DNA of 64,000 nucleotides from Dimorphilus gyrociliatus (Eukaryota; Animalia; Annelida). Location of the stretch: positions 1,609,643 through 1,673,642 of the forward strand of contig CAJFCJ010000014.1 in the NCBI GenBank assembly GCA_904063045.1. Reading direction: 5' to 3'. The translations under genes were made by a program, and so were the position numbers. Position 1 is the stretch's first letter, and every line of letters begins with the position of its first letter. The notes beneath the pieces are model-generated. The model was not told the origin of the DNA. It made no database searches and saw only the letters and a program-made list of their open reading frames with translations. Below are positions 63,075 through 64,000 of this stretch, piece after piece.

Positions 63075-63610
63075 TCTCTTCCTACTGTTCCATCATTTTT
63101 ATATTTTTACTGTATTCTATAAGAGAACAAGTCACAATTAATATACTTAGAGGGTGTCAGCCAATAATTCAATAGCAGCATCATTAGCATTCCTAAATAA
63201 GCGACTGATTAATAAATCTAAAGTTATAATTGATAAAATGTTAAATAAACATTCTTCGAATCGCAAATATACAGTCAATTGTATACTATATAATCACTAT
63301 ATATATACAGTATATATATATATATAGCCTCAAAATTTATGCAAAACATTCGTATTGTATTGAAAACTATGGACAGAAAGTTAAAGTTAGATTCTAGTTA
63401 AAAATGTTTGCTTCCTGATTTTTCGTTTTTTTTTGATAGCTCTACAATATAAAACTAAATGAAATATTAATACTTAAAAGGCGAGAACAAATTACCTAAT
63501 ACTAAATACTAACTGTAACAAAACTATGACAAATTCATAGCAGATGCGCGAAAACAAAAGGAAATATTTTGAATGATTAAAGAGTGTTTTTTTTTTTTAC
63601 TACTAAAAGA

Positions 63611-63760
63611 TTAATCTTTCGTACCTAAAATTCGTTTGTAGAGTGACTGAAATAGAAATTGGACACGTTTGCCACCTCCTTTCGGTTTTGAGGATTCTGA
63701 AGCGGTTTCTGACTGTTTATCAATCGACAATAAACTTTGACAAACCGCTCCAGCTAATTG
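63611..63760 (-). other. Candidate stop-codon readthrough extension (49 aa) with 3' stimulatory hairpin
   Basis: TAG (63763-63761) is followed by CAA TTA, then an open frame to TAA (63613-63611) encoding QLAGAVCQSLLSIDKQSETASESSKPKGGGKRVQFLFQSLYKRILGTKD. Hairpin at 63753-63697. Confidence 0.7.
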
Positions 63761-64000
63761 CTAGCTGGTATCTTCTTGCGGTACTGTCACTTTTCTTTTT
63801 ACGAGGTCTTGATCTGTGCTCGATTCTCCATCGTAATATTCTTTTCTAGCTACATCTTCAGGAATATCAGCAGCGGGATCTTCTCTTAGAGTATCTCCTT
63901 TCAAGCTCAAAGCATCAGCTTCATAGCTTTCAAACCTAAAAATAGAGTTTCTAGTTCTTGTGTACATATCCCATAGACCAGCTATTAATTCGGCAGATAT
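63761..64000 (-). CDS. C-terminal end of a probable innexin (5' part outside the window)
   Basis: Frame is open from the window edge: ISAELIAGLWDMYTRTRNS...PQEDTS*. The first segment resembles the post-TM4 'xxELxxxLWxxY' helix of spiralian/nematode innexins. Only 79 residues are visible. Confidence 0.6.
   Translation of the reverse strand: MSAELIAGLWDMYTRTRNSIFRFESYEADALSLKGDTLREDPAADIPEDVARKEYYDGESSTDQDLVKRKVTVPQEDTS

Noticed and set aside
1-64000. CRISPR arrays, rRNA, tRNA or SECIS/selenoprotein signals
   Set aside because: None recognised; this is eukaryotic DNA and the repeats are coding duplications or microsatellites. Small ncRNAs cannot be excluded without covariance searches.

Overview
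AT-rich, very compact animal genome. Introns are mostly 55-80 nt and genes are tightly packed, consistent with a miniaturised spiralian such as the meiofaunal annelid Dimorphilus (organism is my inference). Contents in order: (1) a decayed BEL/Pao LTR retrotransposon; (2) an L1CAM/neuroglian-derived cluster, made of an apparently intact concatemer of 5-Ig cassettes ending in a GPI-like tail, two decayed cassettes, a nested USP-like gene, and a complete 'mini-L1' with TM segment and FIGAY tail but no FN3 domains; (3) AIMP1, SCaMC and PQBP1; (4) two intronless secreted Calx-beta-like + ITI-heavy-chain-C proteins; (5) a secreted/GPI-anchored pair built from a triple-Ig unit; (6) a claudin-like tetraspan fused to a probable Mab-21/cGLR-type domain; (7) a serine-less cholinesterase-like membrane protein; (8) PUS3, a clan-2 CYP, EFCAB11 (missed by the ORF track), FBXO11, TBCB and enkurin; (9) the 3' end of a probable innexin. 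The innexin stop is UAG-CAA-UUA, followed by a 12-bp-stem hairpin and a 49-codon open extension, a strong candidate for programmed stop-codon readthrough. All exon models were assembled and phase-checked by hand; family assignments rest on remembered motifs, not database searches.
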